Assembly: GCA_965213675.1 (NCBI GenBank)
Contig: OZ243916.1
Coordinates: forward strand, 3,712,001 to 3,776,000
Direction of reading: 5' to 3'
Origin: an uncultured Candidatus Binatia bacterium
Lineage (GTDB): Bacteria > Desulfobacterota > Binatia > UBA9968 > JAJDTQ01
DNA length: 64,000 nucleotides
Shown here one piece after another: positions 35,797 through 45,814 of the stretch. The position numbers were made by a program, and so were the translations under genes. Position 1 is the stretch's first letter, and every line of letters starts with the position of its first letter. The notes beneath the pieces are model-generated. The model did not search any database and was not told the DNA's origin. It saw only the letters and a program-made list of their open reading frames with translations.

Positions 35797-36811
35797 ACCG
35801 CATGGGGGTCCGCACCACTTGGTGGTGGATGGTGCCGCTGCTGCCGCCCCGCCGGATGCCGCCGCCGGGCAGGTGAATCCAGCCGTTCAGGTAGACCAGG
35901 CCGGTGACGCCGTGGACCGGTATGGGCATGTCCGCAAGCCGCGTCCAGGTGTCGGTCTTGGGGTCATAGACCTCGTGGTGCGGGAACACGCCGCTCGGAC
36001 CCGCCGACGGATGCTCGCCACCGAAGGTGTGGAAGCAGCCCTCCACGGCGATGCCGTTGAGTCCGCCGCGAGCTTCGGACATGGGCCGCCGGGTGGCCCA
36101 CTGGTTGGTCTTGGGGTCGTAGACCTCCAGGGCCGGGGTGATCTCGCTGCGGAAGCCTCCGCCGAAGCGTCCCCCGGCTACGTATAGTTTTCCGTCGATA
36201 TTCGCGGCGGCGATGTGGTTGCGTTGGGTGGGCAGGTCGGGCAGCGTCGTCCACTTGTCCGCCCTGGGATCGTAGACCGCGAAGTCGTGGCCCCGCGGCG
36301 GGCGTCCTCCGGCCACGTAGAACTTCCCGTCGATGACGTCGTGGGCCATGGCGCTGCGTTTGGTGGGCATGGGCGCCCGTGGCGTCCACTTCCTGGTCTT
36401 GGGGTCGTAGGCGTGCACCGCGTCGGTGTAGCGGGACCGCTCCCTGCGTCCGCCGGCGTTGGTCTGCCCGCCGATGACGTAGAGGAGGCCGTCGAAGCCG
36501 ATGGCCGACGCGTGGTTGATGGTGGTGGGATAGGCCGTGGTGAGGTCCCACTTGTCGGTGGCGACGTCGTACACCTGCACGGTGTCGACGCTGATCCGGG
36601 TGGATGGGTAGCCGCCCACCACGTAGATCTTGCCGTCGAGGTAGGCCACCGCCATTTCCGAGTTGGGCTCGATCATCTCGCCGCGTTTGCCCCACTCGCT
36701 GGCGGGTTTCGCGTCGGCCGCCAGGGCGGGGGCGCCAGCCAACGCGAACGCGCCGATGAGCACCGCCAAGGTCATGTGTTTCATGCGCAGAGATCGCTTT
36801 TTCATGGTCAT
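35789..36811 (-). CDS. Secreted Kelch-repeat beta-propeller protein
   Basis: Signal peptide, then repeated GKIYVVGG...YD...W motifs; GGAGG SD. Confidence 0.9.
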   Translation of the reverse strand: MTMKKRSLRMKHMTLAVLIGAFALAGAPALAADAKPASEWGKRGEMIEPNSEMAVAYLDGKIYVVGGYPSTRISVDTVQVYDVATDKWDLTTAYPTTINHASAIGFDGLLYVIGGQTNAGGRRERSRYTDAVHAYDPKTRKWTPRAPMPTKRSAMAHDVIDGKFYVAGGRPPRGHDFAVYDPRADKWTTLPDLPTQRNHIAAANIDGKLYVAGGRFGGGFRSEITPALEVYDPKTNQWATRRPMSEARGGLNGIAVEGCFHTFGGEHPSAGPSGVFPHHEVYDPKTDTWTRLADMPIPVHGVTGLVYLNGWIHLPGGGIRRGGSSGTIHHQVVRTPMRCG

Positions 36812-36902
36812 CGTCGAGCCTCCTGAGTTCCCACTACTCTCATTGACAAACAAAATCAAAACCAATAAGGCCAAACCAAGAGCCGAACCTGGAGGTGGAA
36901 CC

Positions 36903-37949
36903 ATGGCTAGCGCGACTTGTGTCGATACGGACGGACACGTTCTCGAACGGGCGGCGGACATCCGCAAGTACCTGGAAGCGCCCTGGAACGAACGCGGGAC
37001 GCCGCTGTGGCCGGGAGACCAGCCCTGGGATCCCAACCTGTTCCAGGGGTTCAAGATGTCCGTGAACTGGGAAGGACTGGCGCCCGAGGAACAGGTGCGG
37101 CGCTGGCACACGCTCATGGACAAGCAGGACATGGAGGTGGCCATCTGCTTCCCCACGGGTTCGGGCAACATCGCCAAGAACCAGGAGGTGCCGTACCAGG
37201 TGGCCGTGACCAAGGCCGCCAACACCCACTTCGCCAAGGAATACAACGCGCTGTCGAACCGCCTGAGCTGCGTGGGCGTGCTGCCCATGAAGGCGCCTGA
37301 GGAAGCGGCCAGGGAGCTGCGCCGGGCGGTCAACGAGCTCGGCCTCAAGGGGTTCGAGATCCTGCCCACCGGGCTCCCCATCGCCCTGGGCGAGACGTAT
37401 TATGACCCCATCTACCGCGCCGCCGAGGAAGAGGGCGTGGTGCTCGGCATCCACGGCACCCGCAACACCTCGCGCGAGCTGGGCGCCTCCATCCTCACCA
37501 CCTTTGCCGAGGTCCACTCCTACGCCTTCACCGCCGGCATCCTGCTGCAATTCACCAGCATGGTGTGCCAAGGCATCACCCAACGGTTCCCCAAGCTCAA
37601 GCTCGCGTTCCTGGAGATCGGCGCCACCTGGCTGCCATACTACCTCGACCGCCTCGACGAGCACTGGGAGAAGCGCGGCGCCCACGAGATGCCGCTGCTG
37701 AAGCAGAAGCCCAGCGACGTGGTGCGCGAGTCCAACATGTACTTCAGCCTGGAGTCCGGCGAGTCCCAACTGGCCGCCACCGTCGACTACGTCGGCAGCG
37801 ACCACTTCGTCTATGCCTCCGACATCCCGCACTGGGACAACGAGTTCCCCGGCAACCTCCACCAACTCCGGAACCACCCGGACCTGTCGGACGAAGTCAA
37901 GGAGAAAATCCTCAGGAAGAACGCCCAGCGGCTGTTCGATCTCCACTAG
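36903..37949 (+). CDS. Amidohydrolase_2 family protein
   Basis: DTDGHVLE, GIHG, FLEIGATW, YASDIPHWD, NAQRLF; GGAGG SD. Confidence 0.88.
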   Translation: MASATCVDTDGHVLERAADIRKYLEAPWNERGTPLWPGDQPWDPNLFQGFKMSVNWEGLAPEEQVRRWHTLMDKQDMEVAICFPTGSGNIAKNQEVPYQVAVTKAANTHFAKEYNALSNRLSCVGVLPMKAPEEAARELRRAVNELGLKGFEILPTGLPIALGETYYDPIYRAAEEEGVVLGIHGTRNTSRELGASILTTFAEVHSYAFTAGILLQFTSMVCQGITQRFPKLKLAFLEIGATWLPYYLDRLDEHWEKRGAHEMPLLKQKPSDVVRESNMYFSLESGESQLAATVDYVGSDHFVYASDIPHWDNEFPGNLHQLRNHPDLSDEVKEKILRKNAQRLFDLH

Positions 37950-37981
37950 CGCGGGGCCGACACCACACTAGCGCGGGGCCG
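37945..37981. repeat. Direct duplication ACTAGCGCGGGGCCG enclosing the GACACCACACTAG motif at the gene's TAG stop
   Basis: ACTAGCGCGGGGCCG-ACACCAC-ACTAGCGCGGGGCCG read directly. Confidence 0.75.
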
Positions 37982-38162
37982 CGGGGCGGGTACGCGTGCC
38001 TTGCCCGATACACGGCCAAGGCTGGCCCGGGAACACCGTGGGGGAGGCGGGCTTGGTGGGGCGATTCAACTCCGTTCCATTCGCCTGACGTGGTCACTCC
38101 TTGATCGTCGTGGTAGGACGGCATGGGAGAGTGTCGTCGGGTCAAGGGTCAAGGAGCGCGTC

Positions 38163-39917
38163 ATGGATGCCGTGCAGATGGAGGTGGTCTACCGGGCCAC
38201 CGCGCAGATTGCCAAGGAGCTGGCGCTGAACATGCTCCGCACGGGCTATTCGAGCGTCATCAAGGAGAGTCAGGACTTCACCTTTGCCATCTTCGACGGC
38301 GCCGGGCGCATGGTGACCCAGGGGTTGCCGCAGCCGCTGCACATCGGCGGCATTTCGGCGCAGGTGGGGGAGGTGATCCGGGTGTTCGGGGACGACATGG
38401 CGGAGGGGGATGTCTTCATTCTCAACCATCCGTACTTCGCCTGCCAGAACCACGCCACCGACGTCACCGTGGTGTCGCCGGTTTTCGACCGGGGGCGGCG
38501 GGTGGCGTTCATCGGCAATACCGCGCACAAGCCGGACCTGGGCGGGAAGGTGCCGGGCACCAACTCGCCGGACGCCACCGATGTGATCCAGGAGGGGTTG
38601 CTGCTGCCGGCGCTACGGCTTTACCGGGAGGGGGAAGTCAACGAGGATCTCAAGACCATCGTCATGGCCAACACGCGCACGCCGGAGATCACTTGGGGGG
38701 ACATCCAGGCCCAGGCGCAGACCAATTTCTACGGATTGCGCAAGCTGGCGGAGCTGCTCGACCCGTACGGCGCGGACGAGGTGACGGCGTGCTGGAGCCA
38801 GTGGATGGACATCTGCGAGGCCGAAGTGCGCAAGGCCATCGTGAAGATTCCCGACGGGGACTACGGCCCGTGCGTGGACTACCTGGACGACGACGGCCTG
38901 GACCTGGAGCGATCCTATCGCATCGCCGCCTCGCTCCGGGTGGCTGGCGACGAGATGCACTTCACCCTGGAATCGGCGGCGCAGGCGCGCGGCCCGGTCA
39001 ATCTGCGCCCCTGTGTCATCCGGAGCTTCATCGACTGCCTGGCCGTGGCGGTGCTGTGTCCGGACCTGCCGGTGAACCAGGGCATCTCCCGGCCCATCCA
39101 TGTCGCCTTTCCGCCCGAGGGCTCGATCCTGAACCCGCGCTATCCCGCGCCGGTGAACATGTACGTGCGGCCGGCCCAGATGGTGACGTCGGTGGTGCAG
39201 ATGACATTGGCCGAGGCCATGCCCGAGGTGGTGCCGGCGCCCGACAGCGGCGCCGGCGGCTCGGTGTCCATTTCCGGGCAGGACGTCGAACGCGACCGCT
39301 GGTTCTCGCTTTACGATCTCAACTGCGGCGGTGGCGGGGCTCGCGCCGGGACCGACGGCCCGGCGGTGTTGAACTCGCTGGTCATCAACGTCATGAACAC
39401 TCCGGTGGAGCCCCTGGAAACGGAGTTTCCCATTCGGATCGAAGGCTACGGGCTGTACGAGGAATCGGGCGGCGCCGGGCGGTACCGGGGCGGCTTGGGC
39501 ATGGTGCGGGACTGGCGGATGCTGGGTGACGAGGCCTTCGTGAACCTGCGCAGCGACCGCTTCAAGCATGCCGCCCCGGGGCTTCACGGCGCGGGATCGG
39601 CGCTGCCGTCGTCGGCCTTCCTGAACCCGGGCACGGAGCGGGAGCAGGAGCTTCCGTCGAAGGTCAGCCGGCTGCGGCTGGAGAAGGGCGACGTTTTCCG
39701 CATCCGCTATGCCGGCGGCGGCGGGCGCGGCGACCCCTTCGAGCGGGAGCCTTCCAGGGTCCTCGATGATGTGCGGGACGGCTACATCAGCGCCGCGAGC
39801 GCGCGGGACGACTACGGCGTTGCGGTGAGCGGCCGGCCGCCGGAGATCGACGAGGCGGAAACCCGCCGTCTCAGACGCACGCCGCGCGCCCCGGCGGCCG
39901 AGCGGGAGCAGCGGTAA
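38163..39917 (+). CDS. Hydantoinase B/oxoprolinase family protein
   Basis: RTGYSSVIKESQDF, NHPY...HATD, HKPDLGG, QEGL, NTPVE, SGGAGRYRGGLG, GGGGRGDP. Confidence 0.92.
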   Translation: MDAVQMEVVYRATAQIAKELALNMLRTGYSSVIKESQDFTFAIFDGAGRMVTQGLPQPLHIGGISAQVGEVIRVFGDDMAEGDVFILNHPYFACQNHATDVTVVSPVFDRGRRVAFIGNTAHKPDLGGKVPGTNSPDATDVIQEGLLLPALRLYREGEVNEDLKTIVMANTRTPEITWGDIQAQAQTNFYGLRKLAELLDPYGADEVTACWSQWMDICEAEVRKAIVKIPDGDYGPCVDYLDDDGLDLERSYRIAASLRVAGDEMHFTLESAAQARGPVNLRPCVIRSFIDCLAVAVLCPDLPVNQGISRPIHVAFPPEGSILNPRYPAPVNMYVRPAQMVTSVVQMTLAEAMPEVVPAPDSGAGGSVSISGQDVERDRWFSLYDLNCGGGGARAGTDGPAVLNSLVINVMNTPVEPLETEFPIRIEGYGLYEESGGAGRYRGGLGMVRDWRMLGDEAFVNLRSDRFKHAAPGLHGAGSALPSSAFLNPGTEREQELPSKVSRLRLEKGDVFRIRYAGGGGRGDPFEREPSRVLDDVRDGYISAASARDDYGVAVSGRPPEIDEAETRRLRRTPRAPAAEREQR

Positions 39918-39968
39918 TGCGCGGGCGCGTCGCGGCGACCCGCGGTCCTTGCCGCCCATAGACCCCGC

Positions 39969-41162
39969 GTGGAACCGCACACCGAAACGACTCGGGGCTG
40001 GCTCCCGGATTTCCTCCTCACCTGCGGCGCCCGCTTCGGGCTCTTCTTCGCCATGTTCCTGATCGAGCCGGTGTTCCCCGTGTACCTACGGAACATGGGC
40101 ACCAGCTCGTTCATGATCGGGGTGGTCATGGCCGCGTTCCCCCTCGGCGCCACCTGGGTGCGGCCGCTGGTGGGCGCCTACATCGACCGCTTGGGCAGCA
40201 AGGTCTTTCTCGTGGGCGGGCTGACCATCTTCATCACCGCCGCCACGGGCTACATCTGGACCGGCTCGGTGCTGGTGGCGCTGCTGCTGCGCACGTACCA
40301 CGGCTTTGGGTGGTCGGGCTGCACCACGTCCATCGGCACGCTGGTGGCGGACATCGCTCCGGATCGCCTGCGCGGCACCCTCATCAGCTACTCCGGGGCG
40401 GTGAGCACCGTGGCCTATTCCATCGCCCCGGCCGTGGCTTTCTGGATGGTCGGCCGTTTGGGATTCCCGGCGGTGTTCGCCAGCGGGGCCGCGGCTGCGG
40501 GCTTCGGCCTGATTGCGGCTGTCCTGCTTCCCTCCCCGGCCCGCTCCCCGGCCCCGGCCCGGCGCCGGCGCTGGTTCGAGACCTTCATTTTGCCCCAGAC
40601 GCTCCTGCCCGCGGTGAGCATGGGCCTTTTGGGGATTTCCCGCGGCAGCATCATCGCCTTCCTGTCGCTCTACGCCCTGGAGATGAAGGGAGACCCGGGC
40701 ATCTGGTTCAGCGTTTTCGCGCTGGCGGTGGTGGTGGGCCGGCCTATCTTCGGCCCGCTCTCGGACCGCAAGGGCCGGCCGTTCGTGGTCATACCCACCT
40801 ACTTTCTGGCCTTGGTGGGCATGGTGGTGCTGGTGCTGGCGCGCACCCCCATGATGCTGCTGGTTTCCGCGGCCATTCTGGGGTTCGGCTACGGCTCCGT
40901 CCACGCCGGGCTCATGACCATGGCCGTGGACCTGGCGCCGCGTGACCGCTGGGGCCTCAGCATGGCCCAGTACCACCTGTTCTACGACCTTGCCATCGGC
41001 GGCGGCGGCGTGTTGGCCGGCGTCATGCTGAACTTTACCGGCAACAACTATCCGGCTATGTTTCTGGCCACCACGGTGGTGGGTTTCGGTGGGTTCGTGT
41101 TGTTCCTGATGAAGTATCGAACCGTGGGCCACAACGCCATCGAGCCGGAGAACCGGCGCTGA
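39969..41162 (+). CDS. MFS transporter
   Basis: About 12 TM segments; GAYIDRLGSK and GPLSDRKGR motif A copies. Confidence 0.88.
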   Translation: MEPHTETTRGWLPDFLLTCGARFGLFFAMFLIEPVFPVYLRNMGTSSFMIGVVMAAFPLGATWVRPLVGAYIDRLGSKVFLVGGLTIFITAATGYIWTGSVLVALLLRTYHGFGWSGCTTSIGTLVADIAPDRLRGTLISYSGAVSTVAYSIAPAVAFWMVGRLGFPAVFASGAAAAGFGLIAAVLLPSPARSPAPARRRRWFETFILPQTLLPAVSMGLLGISRGSIIAFLSLYALEMKGDPGIWFSVFALAVVVGRPIFGPLSDRKGRPFVVIPTYFLALVGMVVLVLARTPMMLLVSAAILGFGYGSVHAGLMTMAVDLAPRDRWGLSMAQYHLFYDLAIGGGGVLAGVMLNFTGNNYPAMFLATTVVGFGGFVLFLMKYRTVGHNAIEPENRR

Positions 41163-41289
41163 AGGGTATCGGAGCCGATGCGAACGTCGGCCGGCCGGCT
41201 TTTCGGTGGGGGCGGCGCCGGCCGTGGCGCCGAACACATGGCCGGGTTGGATGCGTCAGCAAGCCCGCGCAACGGCACCAGGAGGTCCC

Positions 41290-42042
41290 ATGAGGATTAT
41301 GGCTACCGCGATTCTGGTTCTGTGGTTTTTACTAGCCCCGGCCCTCGGCAGCGATGTGGCGCCGCAGACGTTCCGCATCGGCATCGATGCCAGCTATCCA
41401 CCTTTCAGCGAGCTGGACGAGGCGGGCCGGCCCAAGGGTTTCGACGTGGATATCGCGCGCGCCCTGTGCGCCGGGATGAAGGTCTCTTGCACGTTGGTCC
41501 AGCAGGATTGGGAAGGCCTCATCCCGGCGCTGCTGGCGAAGAAGTTCGACGCCATCGTCGCCAGCATGTCGATCACCGAGAAGCGCCGGCAGTGGGTCGC
41601 GTTCACCGACAAGTACTACAGCGGCCTGGTTCGATTCGTGGCCCGCAAGCACTCGGGATTCAATCCGGCGGCGCCGGCCGGACGCACCATCGGTGCGGCG
41701 CGCGCGACGATTGCCTCGGACTGGCTGGAAGCGAATGTTTCGGGAGTGGCCGCGATCAAGCTGTTCACGGCACCGGACGGAATGTTTCAGGAACTGGTCA
41801 GCGGCGAGGTGGATGCGTTGTTGGGCGACGCGCTCGGGTTCTGGCAATGGCTCCAGACCCCGGAGGGCTCGGGGTTCACGTTCGTGGGCGACGGGCTTCA
41901 ACTGGACGAGGGCATCGGCATCGCCGTGCGCAAGGAGGACGACGCGCTGCGCCGCGATCTGAACCGGGCGCTCAAGGCCATTCTCGCCGACGGCACCTAC
42001 AAGAAGATCAATGCCCGGTACTTTCCGTTCAGCATCTACTAG
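41290..42042 (+). CDS. Polar amino-acid ABC substrate-binding protein (HisJ/ArgT-like)
   Basis: Signal peptide, YPPFS, GFDVDIA, WEGLIPALLAKKFDAI, SMSITEKR, DGTYKKI. Confidence 0.92.
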   Translation: MRIMATAILVLWFLLAPALGSDVAPQTFRIGIDASYPPFSELDEAGRPKGFDVDIARALCAGMKVSCTLVQQDWEGLIPALLAKKFDAIVASMSITEKRRQWVAFTDKYYSGLVRFVARKHSGFNPAAPAGRTIGAARATIASDWLEANVSGVAAIKLFTAPDGMFQELVSGEVDALLGDALGFWQWLQTPEGSGFTFVGDGLQLDEGIGIAVRKEDDALRRDLNRALKAILADGTYKKINARYFPFSIY

Positions 42043-42068
42043 GAACTACTAGGAACTACCAGGAACTT
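42036..42068. repeat. 10-bp tandem repeat (TACTAGGAAC)x3 starting at the TAG stop
   Basis: CTACTAGGAACTACTAGGAACTACCAGGAACT. Confidence 0.85.
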
Positions 42069-42236
42069 GCGGGTTCATCGAATCGTGGCGAGAGGCAGAG
42101 GAATGGAGGCCGGTTGCGGGCGGATTCGAGGATAATATTTGAGGATCCCACGGGTAATATCGGACGAAAATCCAACCGGAAATGGACCCATTCGTCTGCC
42201 TCGAAGTGGATGCTTGATAACCCGACAGGCTCCTGG
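42059..42236 (+). mobile_element. About 178-bp MITE-like element, copy A
   Basis: Ends CCAGGAACTTGCGGGTTCATC / GATAACCCGACAGGCTCCTGG; the interior aligns by eye with the reverse complement of 45642-45814. Confidence 0.75.
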
Positions 42237-42300
42237 ACCGGCTTGGGGAGACGCACCGGACCATGAGACGGCGTGACCGTGCCGGGGGACGGAGACAGGG

Positions 42301-43320
42301 ATGAAGCTCGGAGCCCGATTGCTGGCCGCCGCGGCCTGGACCGCGAGCCTGCTGGCGGCTCCCGCCATGGCCGCCGGCCCCTTGGTGGGTCTGATCACCA
42401 AGACCGACGCCAATCCGTTCTTCGTGAAGATCGAGGAAGCGGCGCGAGAGAAGGCCGGCGCGCTCGGCCTTGAGCTGCGCGCCTTTGCCGGCCGATACGA
42501 CGGCGATTCGGGGCCTCAGATCGAGGCGATCCAACGCCTCGTTGCCGCGGGCGCCAAGGGCATTCTCATCACGCCCTCGGATCCCGCGTCCCTGGCCGGG
42601 GCGGTGGCCATGGCCAGGGCTGCGGGTGTGCTGGTCGTTGCGCTGGATACCCCCTTCGACTCGGTCGACGCCGTGGACGCCACGTTCGCCACGGACAACT
42701 TCAGGGCCGGCGAGTGGATCGGCCAGTGGGCCCGGGCGACCCTGGGCGCTGCCGCAAGCCGTGCGAGAATCGCAACGCTGGATCTGTCCGACGCCCAGGT
42801 CACGGTGAACGTGGCGCGCAACCAGGGTTTCCTCAAGGGTTTCGGTATCGACATCAGGGACCCCGGCAAGATGTATGACGAGGACGACGCACGCATCGTC
42901 GGCGCTGGCGCGTCCCTTGGCACCGAGGAGGGCGGGCGCGCCGCCATGGAGGCGCTGCTGCGGCGGGCCCCCTCCGTGGACGTCGTGTATACGATCAATG
43001 AGCCGGCCGCGGCCGGCGCCCACGCGGCGCTCAAGGCCGCCGGGCGGGCGGGAGACGTTCTGATCGTTTCGGTGGACGGCGGCTGCGCAGGGGTCCGGAA
43101 CGTGGCCGCCGGCGCCATCGGCGCCACCGCCATGCAGTATCCCGTGAGGATGGCCGTGCGCGGGTTGGATGCCGTGGCGGCCTTTGCCAGAACGGGCAAG
43201 CGACCGGAAAAACCGGCCGGCCGCGACTTCCATGACACGGGCGTGGCTCTGGTCACGGACCGCCCGGTTCCGGGAATTCCGTCCATTTCAGTGGAACGAG
43301 GCTTGCGGGAGTGCTGGTGA
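42301..43320 (+). CDS. Sugar ABC substrate-binding protein (FrcB-like)
   Basis: Signal peptide, LITKTDANPFFVK, ATFATDNF, YTINEPAAAGA, SVDGGC, DTGVALVTD. Confidence 0.88.
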   Translation: MKLGARLLAAAAWTASLLAAPAMAAGPLVGLITKTDANPFFVKIEEAAREKAGALGLELRAFAGRYDGDSGPQIEAIQRLVAAGAKGILITPSDPASLAGAVAMARAAGVLVVALDTPFDSVDAVDATFATDNFRAGEWIGQWARATLGAAASRARIATLDLSDAQVTVNVARNQGFLKGFGIDIRDPGKMYDEDDARIVGAGASLGTEEGGRAAMEALLRRAPSVDVVYTINEPAAAGAHAALKAAGRAGDVLIVSVDGGCAGVRNVAAGAIGATAMQYPVRMAVRGLDAVAAFARTGKRPEKPAGRDFHDTGVALVTDRPVPGIPSISVERGLRECW

Positions 43321-43461
43321 CGGTTGGTGTCCTGGGAACCCTGAGCCGGCCGCAAGTGAACCGGCGAAATCCTGCCGCGGCGGTGTCCGGACTCGCAGTC
43401 CGGGCCTGAGGGGTGCGTGGGTACGGGCGGCGAACTGATCCGGACGTGAACGCGCCTCCAT

Positions 43462-45645
43462 GTGCTCCACTACACGGAAGTGACAGTGAAGCCACGGCTC
43501 CAGAACCTTGTGTCCGAGCTTCGCGCGGACGTCGCGTCAGGGAAATCGGTTCCGGCAATCGCCGCCGGGCTCAGTTCAGGGCTGAGCCTGCTCGTCGCCT
43601 ACGTTGCCTTCGGCACCGCCATCTACTCCGGTCCGCTGGCGCCCTACGCCTCCCAAGGCGTCGGCTTGGTGCTGTTCGGGACCTTCGCCTCCTGCCTCAT
43701 CGTCGCCTTCACCGGCGGCTACCCCGGGGCCATCGCGGGCTTGTCTCCCGCGCTGGTGATCGTCATGGCCTCGGTGGCCACCACGGTGGACGCGTACGGC
43801 GCGGGACTGTTCGTCACCGCGGCTGTGGCGCTCATCATCAGCGCCATGGGCGCCGGAGTGGGCTGCCTCCTGATCGGATGGTTCAAGCTCGCCAACCTGG
43901 TGCGTTTCATTCCCTATCCCGTGGCCGGAGGATTCGTGGCGGGCATCGGCGGCGCGGTGTGCCTGGCCGCCCTGTCCCTGATGGGGGCCGGGCCGGGCGA
44001 GTCGCTCCCGGCGATGCTGGAGCCTTCCGTGTTGTGGGTATGGGCGCCCGGTGCGGCCTTCGGGATTGCGCTCTATCTCGTGATGAAGCGCTTGCGCAAC
44101 GCGCTGATTCTGCCCCTCGGCGTGGTGTTGGCCGTGGGCGTTCATCACCTCGCCTTTGCCGCCATCAATCTCTCCGGCGACGAGGCGAGGGCGGCGGGCC
44201 TCTTGCTGACGGGCACTGCCGGGGGGCGCCTGTGGCCGGTCCTGGGGATGGCCGATCTGGCGCACGTGAACTGGGCCGCGATAGCCGGTCAGGCTCCCGA
44301 AATGCTGATCCTCGTGCTGATCGCCTTCATCTGCATCATCATGAACGTGGCGGGACTCGAACTGGCCCTCGATCAGGATCTGGACTGGGACGAGGAGTTC
44401 AAGGCGACGGGGTTCGCCAGCATGGTCAGCGGCCTGGGCGGCGGCACGGTGGCGACCCTGGTGGTGCCGGCCTCGCTGCGCAGCAAGCTCTTCGGGGCCG
44501 AGACCCGGCTCACCGGCATGGTCACGGCCGCCGTCATCGGGAGCGCGTTGTTCCTTGGCGACGGCATGCTGGAAATCGTGCCGACGGCCATCGTGGGAGG
44601 TATTCTGATCTTTGCCGGCCTCGGCATGTTGGACGAAGGCCTCGTGAGGAGCCGCAAGCGGCTCCCAGCTTCCGAATTCGGCATTATTCTCCTCATCTTC
44701 GTGGTCATCGTCACCCTCGGCTTGTTCGAGGGTGTGGCCGCCGGCATGCTGGCGACCCTCGTGTTCTTCGCGGTGCGGCTCAGCCGCGTGAACCCCATTG
44801 AAGCCCGCTTCACCGTCCGCGAGCGCCGGAGCAACACGGTCCGTTCCATACCCCAGCGCGCCATTCTGCTGGCGGAAGGGGAGCGCGTACATGCGTACCG
44901 ATTGTGCGGCTACATCTTCTTCGGCAGCGTCATCCCGCTGACGGATCGTCTCAGGGAGTCCCTGAGCGGCCCAGCGCGCGCCTCCTCGCTGATGCTGGAC
45001 TTCACCGCGGTATCGGGCTTCGATTTCTCGGCGGTGAACACGCTTGGCAGGTTCTTTCAGGCGGCGGATGCAGCCGGGTTGAAGTTGGTGCTGAGCGGCG
45101 TGTCCGAGACCTTGAGGCTCGGTCTGGAGCGCAATCTGCCCGCAGCCGTGTTTGCCGGGCTGTTGTTCGAACCGGACGTCGAGCGCGGTCTCGAGCATTG
45201 CGAGGAGTTCGTCATTGCGGCGTGGAAGGCGGACGAAGCCATGCCGGACGCCCGGCGCGCCGCCTTGCTGGAACGAACCGCGGACGATGTCGAGCGTTAC
45301 CTGAAACGGCAGATACAGTTCGAGGATCTGATGGAAGAGCTGGGACGCTGGCTCACGCCCCGAGAATTCGGCGCGCAGGAGCCGCTGGCTGGGCCGGAAA
45401 CGCCGCGGGACGGCCTGCAACTGCTGCTTTCCGGCCGGGCATCCGCCTACGATGCGGCCGGCGCGCGGCTCCGTCAATTCAGCCCTGGCGACGCGGTCTG
45501 GCCGGATGAGGACGCGCCGGTGGTGCTGGCGGACGAGCCGTGCCGGACCATGGTGCTGACTCCGGCTGACTGGGGCTGGCTGGAGGAGCACGAGCAGGCC
45601 GTAGCCCTCAACCTCTACCGCTACTTGCTCGCCGCGCGGCTCTAG
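43462..45645 (+). CDS. SulP/SLC26 family anion transporter with STAS and degenerate cNMP-binding domain
   Basis: LVRFIPYPVAGGF, many TM segments, STAS GYIFFGS...LDFTAVSGFDFSA, C-terminal LLLSGRASAY...ADEPC. Confidence 0.88.
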   Translation: MLHYTEVTVKPRLQNLVSELRADVASGKSVPAIAAGLSSGLSLLVAYVAFGTAIYSGPLAPYASQGVGLVLFGTFASCLIVAFTGGYPGAIAGLSPALVIVMASVATTVDAYGAGLFVTAAVALIISAMGAGVGCLLIGWFKLANLVRFIPYPVAGGFVAGIGGAVCLAALSLMGAGPGESLPAMLEPSVLWVWAPGAAFGIALYLVMKRLRNALILPLGVVLAVGVHHLAFAAINLSGDEARAAGLLLTGTAGGRLWPVLGMADLAHVNWAAIAGQAPEMLILVLIAFICIIMNVAGLELALDQDLDWDEEFKATGFASMVSGLGGGTVATLVVPASLRSKLFGAETRLTGMVTAAVIGSALFLGDGMLEIVPTAIVGGILIFAGLGMLDEGLVRSRKRLPASEFGIILLIFVVIVTLGLFEGVAAGMLATLVFFAVRLSRVNPIEARFTVRERRSNTVRSIPQRAILLAEGERVHAYRLCGYIFFGSVIPLTDRLRESLSGPARASSLMLDFTAVSGFDFSAVNTLGRFFQAADAAGLKLVLSGVSETLRLGLERNLPAAVFAGLLFEPDVERGLEHCEEFVIAAWKADEAMPDARRAALLERTADDVERYLKRQIQFEDLMEELGRWLTPREFGAQEPLAGPETPRDGLQLLLSGRASAYDAAGARLRQFSPGDAVWPDEDAPVVLADEPCRTMVLTPADWGWLEEHEQAVALNLYRYLLAARL

Positions 45646-45814
45646 TGTGGTGTCGGGTTTATCAAGAATCTGCTGCGAGGCAGGGAAATGGGTCCAGTTC
45701 CGGTTGGATTTTCGTCCAATATTACCAATATTGTCCTCAAATCCGCCCGAAACTCGCCTTTCTCTGCCTCTCGCTACGATTCGATACGATTCGATAAAAC
45801 CGACAGGCTCCTGG
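45642..45814 (-). mobile_element. About 173-bp MITE-like element, copy B, inverted relative to copy A
   Basis: CTAGTGTGG-TGTCGGGTTTATC...GATAAAACCGACA-GGCTCCTGG; begins at the sulP TAG stop. Confidence 0.78.
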
